From assembly GCA_023515725.1 (NCBI GenBank), contig JALDTO010000208.1:303164-367163 (forward strand): DNA of 64,000 nucleotides, in the 5' to 3' direction. The notes beneath the pieces are model-generated. The model saw nothing but the letters and a program-made list of their open reading frames with translations, searched no databases and was not told the origin of the DNA. This document shows positions 37,499 through 50,240 of the stretch, piece after piece. Source of the DNA: Amoeboaphelidium protococcarum X5 (lineage: Eukaryota; Fungi; Aphelidiomycota). The stretch's first letter is position 1. The number at the start of each line of letters is the position of its first letter. A program made the translations under genes and the position numbers.

Positions 37499-40400
37499 AT
37501 GGCTTAAGGTAAGTTCCAACATTGATATCCTTAGAAAAGTTTAAAATCACTATAATAATTGTAGAAAGCGTGGAGGATATGATCCATCTGCCAGAGTTGT
37601 CAGAAGACTCTTTGATGCAGAACTTGAATTTGCGATATCAGCAAAAGTTGATTTATGTAAGTTCATTTATTTCATTTTGAAACTCATAGTATATCTTATG
37701 AGAATATGAGTGTAGACTTATACTGGAAGTATTCTGGTTGCATTGAATCCATTCTAGAGACTGTAGATCTATGGAGTGGATCTGATATCAAAATACTAAG
37801 GCAAATTACTAAGTGAGAATAGTCCACACATTTTTGCGATTGCAGAGATTGCCTTCTCAAATGTGCGCAACTTTTAGCAGAATCAGTCTATTATCATATC
37901 AGGTATGGCTGCAATGTGATGTCCTTATAAATATTAAACTTACGTTTTATGTAAATGTAGGTGAGAGTGGTTCCGGGAAAACAGAGTCTACCAAGGTGAT
38001 TTTGCAGTACTTGACTGCGGTCACATCGTAGGCTGGAGATGGGCAACAGTCTTGGGTGGAGCAGTAGATTTTGGAAGCCAATACTGTGCTGGAGAGCTTT
38101 GGTAATGCAAAGACTGTAAGAAATAACAACTCTTCTCGATTCGGTAAATTTGTACAGGTGTTGTTTGATCGGAAGCAGTCGATTATTGGAGCTAATATCA
38201 TAAACTATTTGTTGGAGAAGAGCAGAGTAGTTAAGCAGGCCAATACAGAGAGAAATTACCATGTGTTTTATGAGATGCTCTCTGGGGCGGGAACAGAGGA
38301 AAAGAAGCTCTACTAGCTGTTGAAAGATGCCTCAGCTTATAGATACTTAAATCATAGCGGTTGTGTGGCGATCAATGGTGTGAATGATGGAAAGAATTTT
38401 GAAGCCTTAAAGTTGGCGCTGTCAGTGCTGAAAATGAATATGCAGGATGTTGATTCTACATTTAAAGTTGTATCGTCTATTTTGCATTTAGGCAACGTAG
38501 AATTTGCCAAAGATGACAAGACTGAGGTTTCTGCTCTTAATGCGTAATCGCATGGAAGTATCACTATTATTTGCAGTCTACTCGGTATTGATGTGAGTAA
38601 ATTGAGTACTTGCTTGTTGAATAGAAAGATCACTGTAAGAAATGAAAGTACTCTAGTCCCTCTGAAGCTGGAGCAGGCTGTTGACAATAGAGATTCTATT
38701 GCAAAGACTCTGTATGATAAGCTGTTTATCTATCTTATTGAGCATATCAATAATTCGACCGCGTCCAACAAGTAGCCAGATAATTTTATTGGAGTTTTGG
38801 ATATTTTTGGTTTTGAGCTGTTTGAAGTTAATAGTTTCGAGTAGCTGTGTATCAATTACACCAACGAGAAGTTGCAGTAGTTCTTTAACCAATTTATATT
38901 CAAGCTAGAGATGCAGGAATACGTAAGAGAAGGAATTGACGTGGCCAGTATTGATTATAAGGACAATCAGGCGTGTATTGATTTGATTGAAGGGAAGCTA
39001 GGTGTTCTGTCCCTGCTGGATGAGGAGTGTAAGATGCCCAAAGGTGCTGAAGAGACTTATTTGTAGAAGATGCACGATCAGTTGGTTAAAAATGAGCACT
39101 ATGTTAAGCCGCGAACTGCCAAAGGATGTTTTGGCATAAAGCATTATGCCGGTGAGGTTACGTATTAGATTGCAGGGTTCCTAGATAAGAACAGAGATGC
39201 GGTACCTGAAGAAATTGTCGAGTTGTTTTAATCGTCATCATTGCAGTTGGTATAGAAGTTGTTTAAGAAGGAGGTCACTCCTGCGCAGTCACAGCAGTCT
39301 AAGGGAAAAGCATCTGCTGGCTCCAACTTCAAGAATCAGTTGATATCTCTAGTTAATACTCTTGGTGCTACCACACCGCACTATGTCCGCTGCATTAAGC
39401 CTAATTGGGAGAAAAAGGCTTTTGTATTTGATCCAGAGTTGACTTTGGCCCAGCTTAGATATGCCGGAATGATGGAGACGATAAAAATTAGAAAGATTGG
39501 TTTCCCGTTGAGATTTTAGTATGAACTGGTAGTGAACAAGTTTAGATTCTTAATTCCAGATTCAGCTCATGGAAATGTAAGAGATGCGTGTCTGAAGTTG
39601 ATGAATGCGCTGAAGATTGAGCCTAAGAATTACAAGCTTGGTCAGACAAAATTGTTTTTGAAGTAGTAGGCGTTGGATAAATTGATTGTGGAAAATGAGC
39701 AGAGAAATAGTAGAATGATTATTCTTTTGCAAAAGACTTACAAGGGCAAGTTGTACAGATAGAGGTTTCTTGCCTAGAGGAATGCTGCGCTCAAGTTGCA
39801 GTACATTATTCGTAGTCATTTGATAAGGAATCGCTATATCACTATGCGGGCTGCTTGTATTTAGATCTAGTCTGCAGTAAGAGGATGGTTTGCTCGAGAT
39901 TATCTTAGATAATTGAAAGCTGAAAAGAAGGCTCAGGAGTTGGCGTTGGCCTAGTAGAAGGAAGCTGCTCTTAAGTTGAGTTTGCAGCCTCAGCAGTTGG
40001 TGAAGTCTGCATCTATTGGGGAGGTGAATGGGTAGCCCGATGTTCCGTTGGTGGATGTGAGTTCTCTTCCTCCACCTCTGCCACCTCCTATGAGTATGGC
40101 CCCTCCTCAGGCAGCGGTGGTTAAGCCTCCTACCGAGGACGAGATTCAATTGCAATCATTGGTTGATTAGCGCAAGAAAAGATAGACTGTAATGTTGGAA
40201 AACTAGAAGCGGCAGTCTGCAGTGCCTGCGAAGAAGGGAGAGCTCGATATGCTATTTTCTTTTCTGGATGACTTTAATGGTGATGGATCTGATCAGATAT
40301 AGAACTCTGCTGTTAATGAAGAAGAAGCTATCATCATTGAGGAAATGGAAGATATTTTCAAACTTAATGAGGACGACATTAATGCTGCGGTGCAGCGTGT

Positions 40401-43400
40401 CCGTTCGAACAATGCTTTAGATGCCGATTCTGCTGGGAATGAGAGTAAGCAATAAGCTCAGGTGGCTGATCAGGATTAGTCTGCTGCAATCGAGCAACAA
40501 GTGGTTGATCAAACTGCCAAGTTGAGTATCTAAGAGAGTGCCAGTGTTGTTGTCGCTGATGAAAATCAGAAGCCTGCTCTACCCGTGCAATAGAATGTGC
40601 AGCCTCCAGAGCCTCCAGCAAAGTTGCGCTTTAATCCGTTGGCTGCAAAGTTGAAGGAATAGGAAGGGAATGTCGTTGAGGAGGATAAAAGTCTCAGAGC
40701 TTTTGCTGAGAAATTCTTTAATCAGCACAGCTAGACTGGTGGTAATTCGACCATAGCCGCTACCTTTTCCAAGAAGAAAGCTGCTGGTAAGATTCTTGAT
40801 ATTAGCGCGATGCTCAGCTATACCAAGCACCCTCTTCCTTCATCGATCATTAATATCAAGAAGCCTGTGATTGTTAACTTTGCGATTGATTGTTTTAAGC
40901 ATTTAAACAAGTATTTGGACTTTGGGTTGAAGAAAGGTGAGGAATCAATTGCCATAGTTCGAAAGATGATCGAATTCGGACTTGGTAATCCAGAGTTGAG
41001 GGATGAGTTGTATATCCAGGTGATAAGGCAGATTACTCCTAGTCCTGATTCGTAGTCGATGAAGAATTGGAATGATTGGATTATGAACGGATGGCACCTA
41101 TTGATGCTCTACAGCTAAACGTTCCCACCATCTAAAGTATTCTCCAAGTACCTTCTCCATTATTACACTTTGAATTCTGCACCTGATAAGAAGGCTGAGT
41201 ACAAGTCTGTCATTTAGAAATGTGCCGTATATTGTGAGTAGACTGTTCGTAAAATTGTCACTAATGGAGCGCGTAAGCATACTGTAACGGCTGAGGAGAT
41301 CACTTCAACTATTGATATGTCTCCTGTTCTGTGTCGCATTTCTCTTATGGATGGTCAAATTAAAGGCTTTCCAATGACTTTGACAATGACTGCGGCTGAG
41401 GTGGTTAAGGAACTAGGATTTAGATTGTCTATTCAAGATATGAGCGGTTGGTGCTTAGTAGAAGTGTAAGACGAACCATTTGAAGAAAGAGTGCTAAGAT
41501 CTACGGATTATATCGCGGACATCTACGCTTCTTGGGAGGAGCGTGCCGCGAAATCTTTGATTGAATCCAAGTCTTCTTCTATAAGTCTAACTTCAACAGT
41601 ATCTCGAAAATCTGGTCGATCTGTGTCGAGCCCTCTAGCAATGATGAGCTTCACCGCGAATAATTCTAATCCGAAATTGTCCAAGTAAGGATCTAATAAT
41701 CAGCTGTCTCCCAAGAAAGGTGGCTCTGTTCTGGATTACAAGATTTGCCTGAAGAAACGTTTATTTAAAGATCCAAACGAGGTTCCGCGAAATCCTATTG
41801 AGTTTAGCTTAATCTATGCTCAGCATGCTAATGATGTAATTCGTGAGAAATATCCTCTCACCGATAAATTTGCCTGTTAGCTTGCGGCATTGAAGATGTT
41901 TATCGATTGGGGAGATTACGATCCGAACACTTATGGCTCGGCTTTTGATCTGCAAAAGTATGTTCCTCTAAGCATTGCTGAGCGTTACTCCGAAGATGAA
42001 TGGATTTAGCAGATATCTGATTACCATCAGAAGCTGAAAGGTAAAAGCAATTTGTAAGCCAAGTTGATGTTTATTGACGCGCTGCACCATTTTCAGTATT
42101 TTGGGGCCACTTTGTTTGCTGTCAAGTTCAAAGGATTCTGGTAGCATCCTGAGAATGTTGTTTTGGCTGTATCTGCTCATGGTCTATTCTTTATGTTGAA
42201 AAGCAAGACCATAATCGATTTCTTCAATTATGAGAAAGTTATCGGCTGGGAGGTGGACGCTGAAATGATCACAATATCTATTCAGCGCAATATGGTCAAT
42301 GGTCAGAATGATTTACTGACGGAGAATTATAAGTTTGCTAGCAAGGCTCCTGAAGAAGTAGCTCTGCTTCTTAAGGAATATAGTATGAAAAGTGGTGCTA
42401 AGAAGGATAGGGATTTATTTGTAAGTGAAGCGGAGATGAGTTTGCTGGCGAAAGACTTGGATAAATCGCGCTTTACTCTACTGAAGAAGTAGTTGATAAG
42501 TTTTTAGTAGAGATCCGCGTCCAATGTAGCTTAGATATTCGAATAATAGTAGCAGTAAAGTAATCAGTCCTCGGAGTCATTTGTATAATTACCCCCGCAA
42601 GTGGAGTAATAGTAATAGTAATAGTAATAGTAATAGTAAGCACTCACAGACGCACAGATCAATCAGATTGTCAATGAATGGCCGATCAGAATTTTGACGG
42701 TGCAAGCTCCTTTACTGGTGTCTCCAGCTAGAGATCAATCTCTCAATTCTGCCGCTCAAAGACTGTCTCTACTTCTTCAAGAAGCTGCTAATTCTTTTGT
42801 CTAAACTAATTTGACGTCCAGTGCAGGAAGTGGTCGCTCTCTGAATATCAAAACTGCTGGTTTGAATGAAAGTCTGGGAAGTAGTGGCACTCTTAGAGGA
42901 GGTGGTGCTGGTGGATAGAGAGCGTCTGTGAGCCAACACCCTGAATGGGTACAAATTGGAAGAATTGTTCATCGTGGATTTGAAGAGCCTCGGCTAATTG
43001 ATGAGCTTTACATGCAGTTGATCAAGTACACCACGGAGTATTCTGATCCTAATAGTAAGAGCGCTTTGTTCTTTTGGCGGACTCTGGCTGTTACTTGTGG
43101 TTGTCTGAGGCCCAAGTCTGCGGACGTGATTGATTTACTAAGAAGTCATTTGCGGCGATACTCTGTGATTGAACAGAAGACTCCTGGTGATCTGATGCGC
43201 CGTGATGAAGTTGCCTTCGCCAAGTACTGCAGCAAGACTATGGCGAAGAATATGCAAACTGATCCGCGACTGTGCCCACCATCACAAGATGAAATTGTGG
43301 CAGTTTGTAAATTGGCATCCGTTAGTGCCAGGATCTATCTTCCAGATGGCCAATACCGTGCGTTAGGCTTTACTCCTCATTCTCTGTGCAGGGAGATTTT

Positions 43401-44205
43401 GGCCCTGTTTTTGCAAAAGCTGAAGCTTCAAGACTCGTATGGCTTTGCATTATATATCAGAACCATTGCAACTGGCCAGATGAAGCATATCCTAGAGCAG
43501 ACAAAGTTGTCAGATGTTCTCGGCAATTGGGACAAGGACATGAAAAAGGCAAGTTTGAAAGACTGTCCATATCAGTTGGTTATTCGCCGCAGAATCTATG
43601 CCAGTCCGCAGATATCCTCTCCTAACGAGATTGAGGAAGAGCTTATGATGCATTTTGCCACGAGCGATGTACTCAATTTGAGATATCCTGCATCGGTGGA
43701 TGATTTGGCCATGTTGGCTGCGTTCAAGTGTCAGGCTGAGAATGGAGATGAACATCCAAGTAAGCAATTGGACTACAATAGCGTGATGTAAAAGTATGTA
43801 CCCGTTCAGATGAGAAGTAATGAGTTATTAGTGATGATTAAGCGTGAACACTCTTCATTGAGAAAGAGAACGCCTGCAGAGTGTAAGAAATTGTACATGA
43901 ACAAGATCCGTACGGCATGGAAGTATTATGGTGCATCCATATTCTCTGTGCAATAGAACTACTCGAGTGAAATTCCGAGACAATGCTGGCTCCTGGTGGA
44001 TGGAGATGGAGTGCACGTTAGTCCAGAGATGTCGAAGCAGGCTGCTGTCTCAATGACTTATGCACAAATTGGGTCCACCGCTGTAGATGCTGAGAGTCTC
44101 ATGTTGGTCAGTATCTCTCGTGATGTCAAGTTGATTTTCTAAACTAGTGATGCGGATGAAATCCAGGACATAATGAAGGAGTATCAACAGCTGAGAGTAT
44201 ACTGA
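37499..44205 (+). CDS. Unconventional myosin with IQ motifs and tandem MyTH4-FERM tail (myosin 7/22-like); 3 introns at the 5' end
   Basis: [65 protein letters not shown] repeats, two MyTH4 (LRDELYIQV; LIDELYMQL) and FERM (YFGATLF; YYGASIF) modules. Confidence 0.93.
42607..42639 (+). repeat. (TAATAG)n microsatellite encoding 11 consecutive Gln within the myosin tail
   Basis: GAG TAA TAG TAA TAG TAA TAG TAA TAG TAA TAG TAA GCA, in frame between the two MyTH4-FERM modules. Confidence 0.9.
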
Positions 44206-44399
44206 AAGAGATTTATCAGTAACTATAAAGATGAGTAAATGATGATCTATTATTGTACTAACTGAATACTATTTCGATGATGAATTAAAGTTATAAAGAT
44301 GATTGTATCAGGACTATTTCAACCTCAGAAAGACCAAGTACAGAAAAATATCTCATTATCATTATTCAGATACCAAGAGATTCACAAACATATATCAAC

Positions 44400-44988
44400 T
44401 CAGAAGGCCACCATAAACTATTCAGCAACAATACGAGCGCGAGAGTTCAGTCCAATCTTCATCTCAGAGATCTCCTTGTCAATCTCCTCCATGAAAGAGA
44501 CAACGAAATCCACAATCTTATGCTTCAACATGGTCTCAGTATGAACATTGGTAATCAAAAATGAAATATCATAGTCTGGATGAGCAGCCTTTCTCCTCAA
44601 AATAACAAAGTTCTCAGCACGCTGCATCAGGAAACGTGTAAACTTCTTGGCCAGAATCTTTTCAATGTCATCCGCCTGCTTGATCTTGATGCTCACACGC
44701 AAACTATTCACAGAGCCTTCAATCAACACCCGCTCCGCCTCAGTACGGCAGATATGAATAGGAGTCAGCAGACACTCCTTGCTGGACTGAGCCTCAATCT
44801 CAGGCTTGTTGTGTCGCTCCACAATCTGTGAGCTAAAGTTCTCCATACACATGGCAGCAGTCAGACTGGAGCGAACAGCGTTCAAATACGGTCTCAAAGT
44901 ATTACTCTACACTCACATCAATAATAATGATAATGATAATGCCAATAATTATTAAATCTCTATGATTACTAAAGTCAAAACTTACCAT
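44400..44988 (-). CDS. ARPC4: Arp2/3 complex subunit 4; intron directly after the ATG
   Basis: M|[36 protein letters not shown]...[18 protein letters not shown]...YDISFLITN...RARIVAE. Confidence 0.97.
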
Positions 44989-46228
44989 TTTTTTAAATAC
45001 GTAATTAATTAGTTGCCAGAGATAAGTGAATGAATAACGTTTGTTTTAACGGCGCAATTAAAGGGAAAGAAAGGAGGGAAGGAATTGACTGACGTCGGAT
45101 TCACAGTTGAAGAATGTGCTGCAGAGTCGATCTATAGTTTCAATTCCAACAAAGCCACTCTGATGATTAATGTGATCTTATATTAATAGAGATGATCGAG
45201 TGGCAAGTGAAAACTGATGCACGAAGGCTTTGAGAAAATGAACTCTATGTTGTTACAAGGATATTTACCGGGGAGCCATCGGGTCAGTGCTACAGTGGAA
45301 GGGAGTATGCTGACGCGTCTAAAGATGCAATGGCCAAACACAGATAACCACCTCTGTATACATAAGGTAAAATAGTAAAACCATCAACCACCGCCATCGC
45401 GCTGAGAGCTCCTTTCAAGCACAGTTCGTAATTTGATTCGTTCTCAGCACTAATCGAGGACTCTATGTTATCTGAAACTGCATTCAGCTGAGTAATACTG
45501 TGTGAATAGTAGATGTAACAGCTAACCGTAATTTCTCCAGTCGCTTCATGATCATCTTACCGTAAAATTTACGGTGCGCCATCATTGCTGAGCTATCACT
45601 TAGAAATCAACTGCGTTGTGTTGTAACGTTGCCTTACTTTAAGTATAATTCGATTAAGCTGGAATTTGTGCCCGTCATACATACCGATATGAACAGTCGC
45701 TTCTGCAACAATGAAATGTTTTGGTAACGGTCACATTAAAAGCGCCTTTGTATCAACTGAAGACTGATTGAGTCGAGTCAGCAGATTCCAACAAACACTA
45801 GCATTTAAAATTATCTTACGAATCTTGCAACGCCGCACTTAAGTAAAATTATTGAGATATTTGAGCCTTTCAATTAGCTTGTTGAAGACGCAGACGCGTT
45901 AAGTGTTGATTGTCACAACTAATCAAGTAACCATCATACATTGCACTGATCATTTACTATTCAATAAATCCATGCAATAAAGTGTTGAGTTTCTAGACAA
46001 TCTCTTCAACGTCCAAGATCCATTTTTTTAAATCGTTAGGCTTACTGGAGATACATAATTAACATCAGTTAAAGATCAATTGTTTATCCGAAACTTTATT
46101 AATGATCTAACACTGTGTGATTCTGAGTGAGTCCCTCAAAGTGGCCAAGTTTGCTAATCTGTTCTCATCGCCACACCTAATCTCAAGTTATTAGATAACG
46201 AACGACTGAGAGTATAAAATATCATAAA

Positions 46229-46573
46229 ATGGATAATTGGAACTTGAAATATTTGGACTAGAATATACATTGGTGCGACAGAGAGTTAAAGGTTGGATTT
46301 ACGAGATATCCTGTGAATCGATCCATTTCTATTGTGCTGATGGAACTAGACGATGATCAACCTCCTTGGGCGGTGGCGACTACTTGCATTCCCCACGCCA
46401 AAATGGATATCAACAATGAGCTACTGCTATGTACTTGGAATTGCGAAGGATTGCTGGAAGTCATGATCAGGGCTGGAATACTTGAAGATACTAAGAAGCG
46501 CGTTCCATCTGGTTATGTTGAGGCACCAGTGTGTAAACTGTTGAAGAAGCCCAAAGACTTCCCAGATGTGTGA
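46229..46573 (+). CDS. 114-aa protein resembling prokaryotic/phage DUF4313-type proteins
   Basis: LKVGFTRYPVNRSISIVLMEL...PWAVATTCIP...NCEGLLEVMIRAGILEDTKKRVPSGYVEAPVCKL. TATAAAA at about 46213. Intronless. Confidence 0.65.
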
Positions 46574-46867
46574 TCTCTTTTTGATACTTTTAGTAAAATA
46601 TAAAATAAAATAATTGGTGGCGCAATTTGAACATTGTTAAGTGAGTACTTATATTATCCTAAAGACAGTTTTTAATATCCCGTTGCCTCAGCATAGATAA
46701 GAATACTTCACCAGCAACTTGTTAACGATCTGTGCTTCTAGGTGACAGTTTCGCGTTTTAAACGTTTCGACCGCGCGAGAGTTCTCTTTTACTGCCGCGA
46801 CTAACACCCCCTTTCAATTAGACGCTTTACACGGTATCAGTGACTCTTATAAACGGTGAAGTTAAAA

Positions 46868-47824
46868 ATGCTGAAGGACAAAGTCGTATTCATTTCCGGC
46901 GCTAGTAGAGGTATTGGCAAGGCGATTGCTATCAGACTGGCGATGGATGGAGCCAAGGTGGCTGTAGCTTCCAAATCTTCCGGAACTCAAGGTGCATAGA
47001 AGCTACCTGGAACTATTGAGCAGACTGCTGAGGAGATTGAGAAGGTTGGCGGTCAGTCGCTGGCTATTCAGTGTGACATTAGATTTGAGCAAGAGGTCTA
47101 GAATGCCATCCAGTAGACTGTGGATCGATGGGGAGGTATCGATATTCTGATCAACAATGCTAGTGCCATCAGCCTTACTGACACTCCAAACACTGCGGTG
47201 AAGAAGTTTGACCTGATGAATCAGATCAATGGTCGCGGTACCTGGCTGTGTACAAAGTTGGCACTTCCACACCTGATCAAGTCTGCTAAATCTGGTAGAA
47301 ATCCGCAGGTGCTCAACCTGTCTCCGCCACTGTCCGTGGATACTCAGTGGTTCGCACCTCATACTGCGTACACTATCGCCAAGTTTAACATGAGCATGTG
47401 CACTCTGGGTATGAGCGAAGAGTTTAAGCAGTATGGCATCAGTGTCAATTCATTGTGGCCACGTACGGCGATCGACACTGCTGCAATGAAGATGATACCG
47501 GGCGCTGCTGACCAGAGGGCCACCATGAGAAGAGTCGGTATAATGGCTGATTCTGCGTATGTTCTACTGAACTAGCAAGGGCTGACTGGTGTGTTTGCCA
47601 TAGATGATGATATTATTCTGAGCCAGGGATTCAAGCGTCCAGATTTGGACATTTACTCTAACACTAGAGGTATGAAGGAGAGCGACCTGTTTCCCGATTT
47701 CTTTATCCCTGAAGGTTACAAGACTCCTCTGAGTGGCATCAAATCTAATAAGGTGCTGCGAAAGTTGGATGCCTTATCAACTACTGGAATATCGGAATAT
47801 GCTGCGGCTCAGGCTCATCTTTGA
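46868..47824 (+). CDS. HSDL2: HSDL2-like short-chain dehydrogenase/reductase with peroxisomal PTS1 (-AHL)
   Basis: SGASRGIGKAIA, KLPGTI, GGIDILINNASAISL, NLSPPL, AYTIAKFNMSMC, NSLWPRTAIDTAAM. Ends AQAHL*. Confidence 0.9.
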
Positions 47825-47950
47825 GATAATTTTTATGACATCAGTAAATATGAAGTTTCTCTTCAATGCGTACTAAAACTATTTCATAATATCATTGCTA
47901 TCAATTAGTTATTCATTCAAAGTTCAATCAAATATTACAATCGGTAAAAT

Positions 47951-49588
47951 TCACCAGAACCAGGAAGAGCTCTGCTGCTTCATCTTTGGCGCAGCTGGAA
48001 CTAACGCAGCGTGGATTAGATTACTCTTTTAGGTGGTATATGGTGGATATCTCAACTAGTTTCCCACTTCTGCAATCACATTTCTCTTCATCACAGCTTT
48101 GCGATGACTGAAGCAATCGAATGAGAATTTGCCATGATACTGACCATATCCACTATTTCCAACACCTCCAAACGGTAGAGTCTCGCAGGTGAAGTGCATT
48201 AAACAGTCATTGATCAACTGACCACCAGAGAGCACTTCATTTTGGAATTGCTCAATACTCTTGTAATTGTTAGAGAATAAGTATGCAGCCAGTGGCTTCT
48301 CTCTACCGTTAATGAACTGAATGCAGTTTTATAAAAATTATTACTGCTAACCCTCCTATTATTCGGCACTCGGAAGTGCAATAATGATCATGATGGGACC
48401 GAATATCTCTTGTTGCATTAGAGCATCCTCACAAATGGAATTAAAATCTCCGGCAGATGGCTCCAATACAACAACAGTCGGTGGAATATACAATTCATTA
48501 GCATCGCGGCCGTCTTCATTGACCACAATACGTCCACGAGTCTTTTTCAACATCGAATCCAGACGGTCATAGTGGCGACGACTGACAATGCGACCAAAAC
48601 TGTTCACATTCTTTTTAATCTCTTCAGCATCCAACGAGCCATACAACTTGACAATCTGCGCTTTAACATTCTCTAAAACCAAGTCAAGATGCTACTAAGG
48701 CACTAGTACATAATCTGGAGCGATACAAGTTTATCCGACATTAAAAAACTTTGAGGCCACCAAACGAGTCGTCACAGTGTCCATCTTCATGCTAAAGCTA
48801 CTAAACAGTCCACCTTACACAGTCGCCTCACCAATGTTCAAATCAATAATACAAGGAGATTTACCGCCCAGTTCAAGCGTGGTGGGCGTCAGAGTCTCTG
48901 CGGCAGCTCTGGCAATCACTTTACCAACCTGGCTGTTACCAGTCAGAAAAATGTGATCCCACTTCCACTATCTCTCAGTACCTGCATTTACAGAGCCACG
49001 GAGTAGAGCGGTCACCTCTTCTACAGCTCCAGTGACCACTCTATAACACTACGGATCCAAATACTTATTAAACAGAGATGCCAGTGCTTGCGATGTATTA
49101 CTCGACACTTCTGACAATTTGAGAACCGCAGTATTACCGGCAGCGATGGCACCAATCAGCGGACTAATGGCAGAGTTGACCGGGTAATTCCAAGTACCAA
49201 TTATCAGAACCATGCCGAGAGGATCATACTAAACATATCCGGAATCTCCGCTCAGATTGCTCGCCAAATCCATAGATACTGCTTATGGCGACATCCAGTG
49301 GTGCAAGTTGGCCAGACACTTGTTCACATCCTTCTCACTGGTGTACAAATCTCCTAGTAAAGCCTCCCCACGACACTTGCCATCAGCCACCATGGCATCC
49401 AACAGAATTTATATTGACTCTTCATCAGTGACCAGTCTTCTAATACCATGCAATTACTCCATTCTATACTCATACGGTCTGGTGACACCGCTAGCGAAAG
49501 AGTCTCTCAACTGTCTAGTTATCTGCTCAAGTTCTTTTACTGGCGTATACTGCTATTATCCCTTAGTCTTTTCCGTCTTGGCTGGCAT
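47951..49588 (-). CDS. Fatty aldehyde dehydrogenase (ALDH3/Hfd1 family)
   Basis: [86 protein letters not shown]. Confidence 0.93.
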
Positions 49589-50240
49589 TTTCTCAAAGTG
49601 TTATTACTTAGATCGGCGAATATGTATATTCCACAAATATTACAAAACTTAATGCAGGTGTAGTTGTTTATTTTATGGTGACTATAATACTGTAGAACAA
49701 GCGTGGGAGTGAAAGATGATTTGAGCCGCAGCGCCACGCGATAAAGTTGAAACTGCCGAGATTGCACTGAACCGAACAGTTCAATCACGGTAATTATATA
49801 GACTGTATATTCAGTAGTGAAGCTCTTTGGTCAGTAAACTAAATAAAAATGGGAAATTCATGGTATCTAAATATTACTTCAGCAATCACTCGTTACCACA
49901 ATTTCCAAAGTTCATTCCATAACTCTTCTATAAAGAGTATACCGGTAATCTGCTATTGAATGGACGATTTAACACGTTCCTACGATAACAATGAAAATTG
50001 CTCCATACATAAGACGCTGTTCCTTTGAATAGACAAATGATACCTGGCAAACTTAAATTAATCTACGCACGTCATTTCAATTAGCTATCGTACTGCACTC
50101 TTGAAACTGGACCAATCAGCGGTGACTTTGAAATTGAAAATTTCGCGATCGTTTCCAAGGCGCTTCCATCTTAAGCTCTCTCGTTAACAGCGCCGTATCA
50201 ATTTTATTTATCATCATTTGAATTAAATTTTAATCTGATT

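Noticed and set aside
39562-40155. Long antisense ORFs in the track (also 12763-13107, 14846-15280, 30334-30684 and others)
   Set aside because: Shadow frames opposite well-supported genes.
45050-46200. Possible gene or pseudogene in the 1.2-kb gap upstream of the DUF4313-like gene
   Set aside because: The frames I checked are interrupted by TGA and show no recognisable motif.
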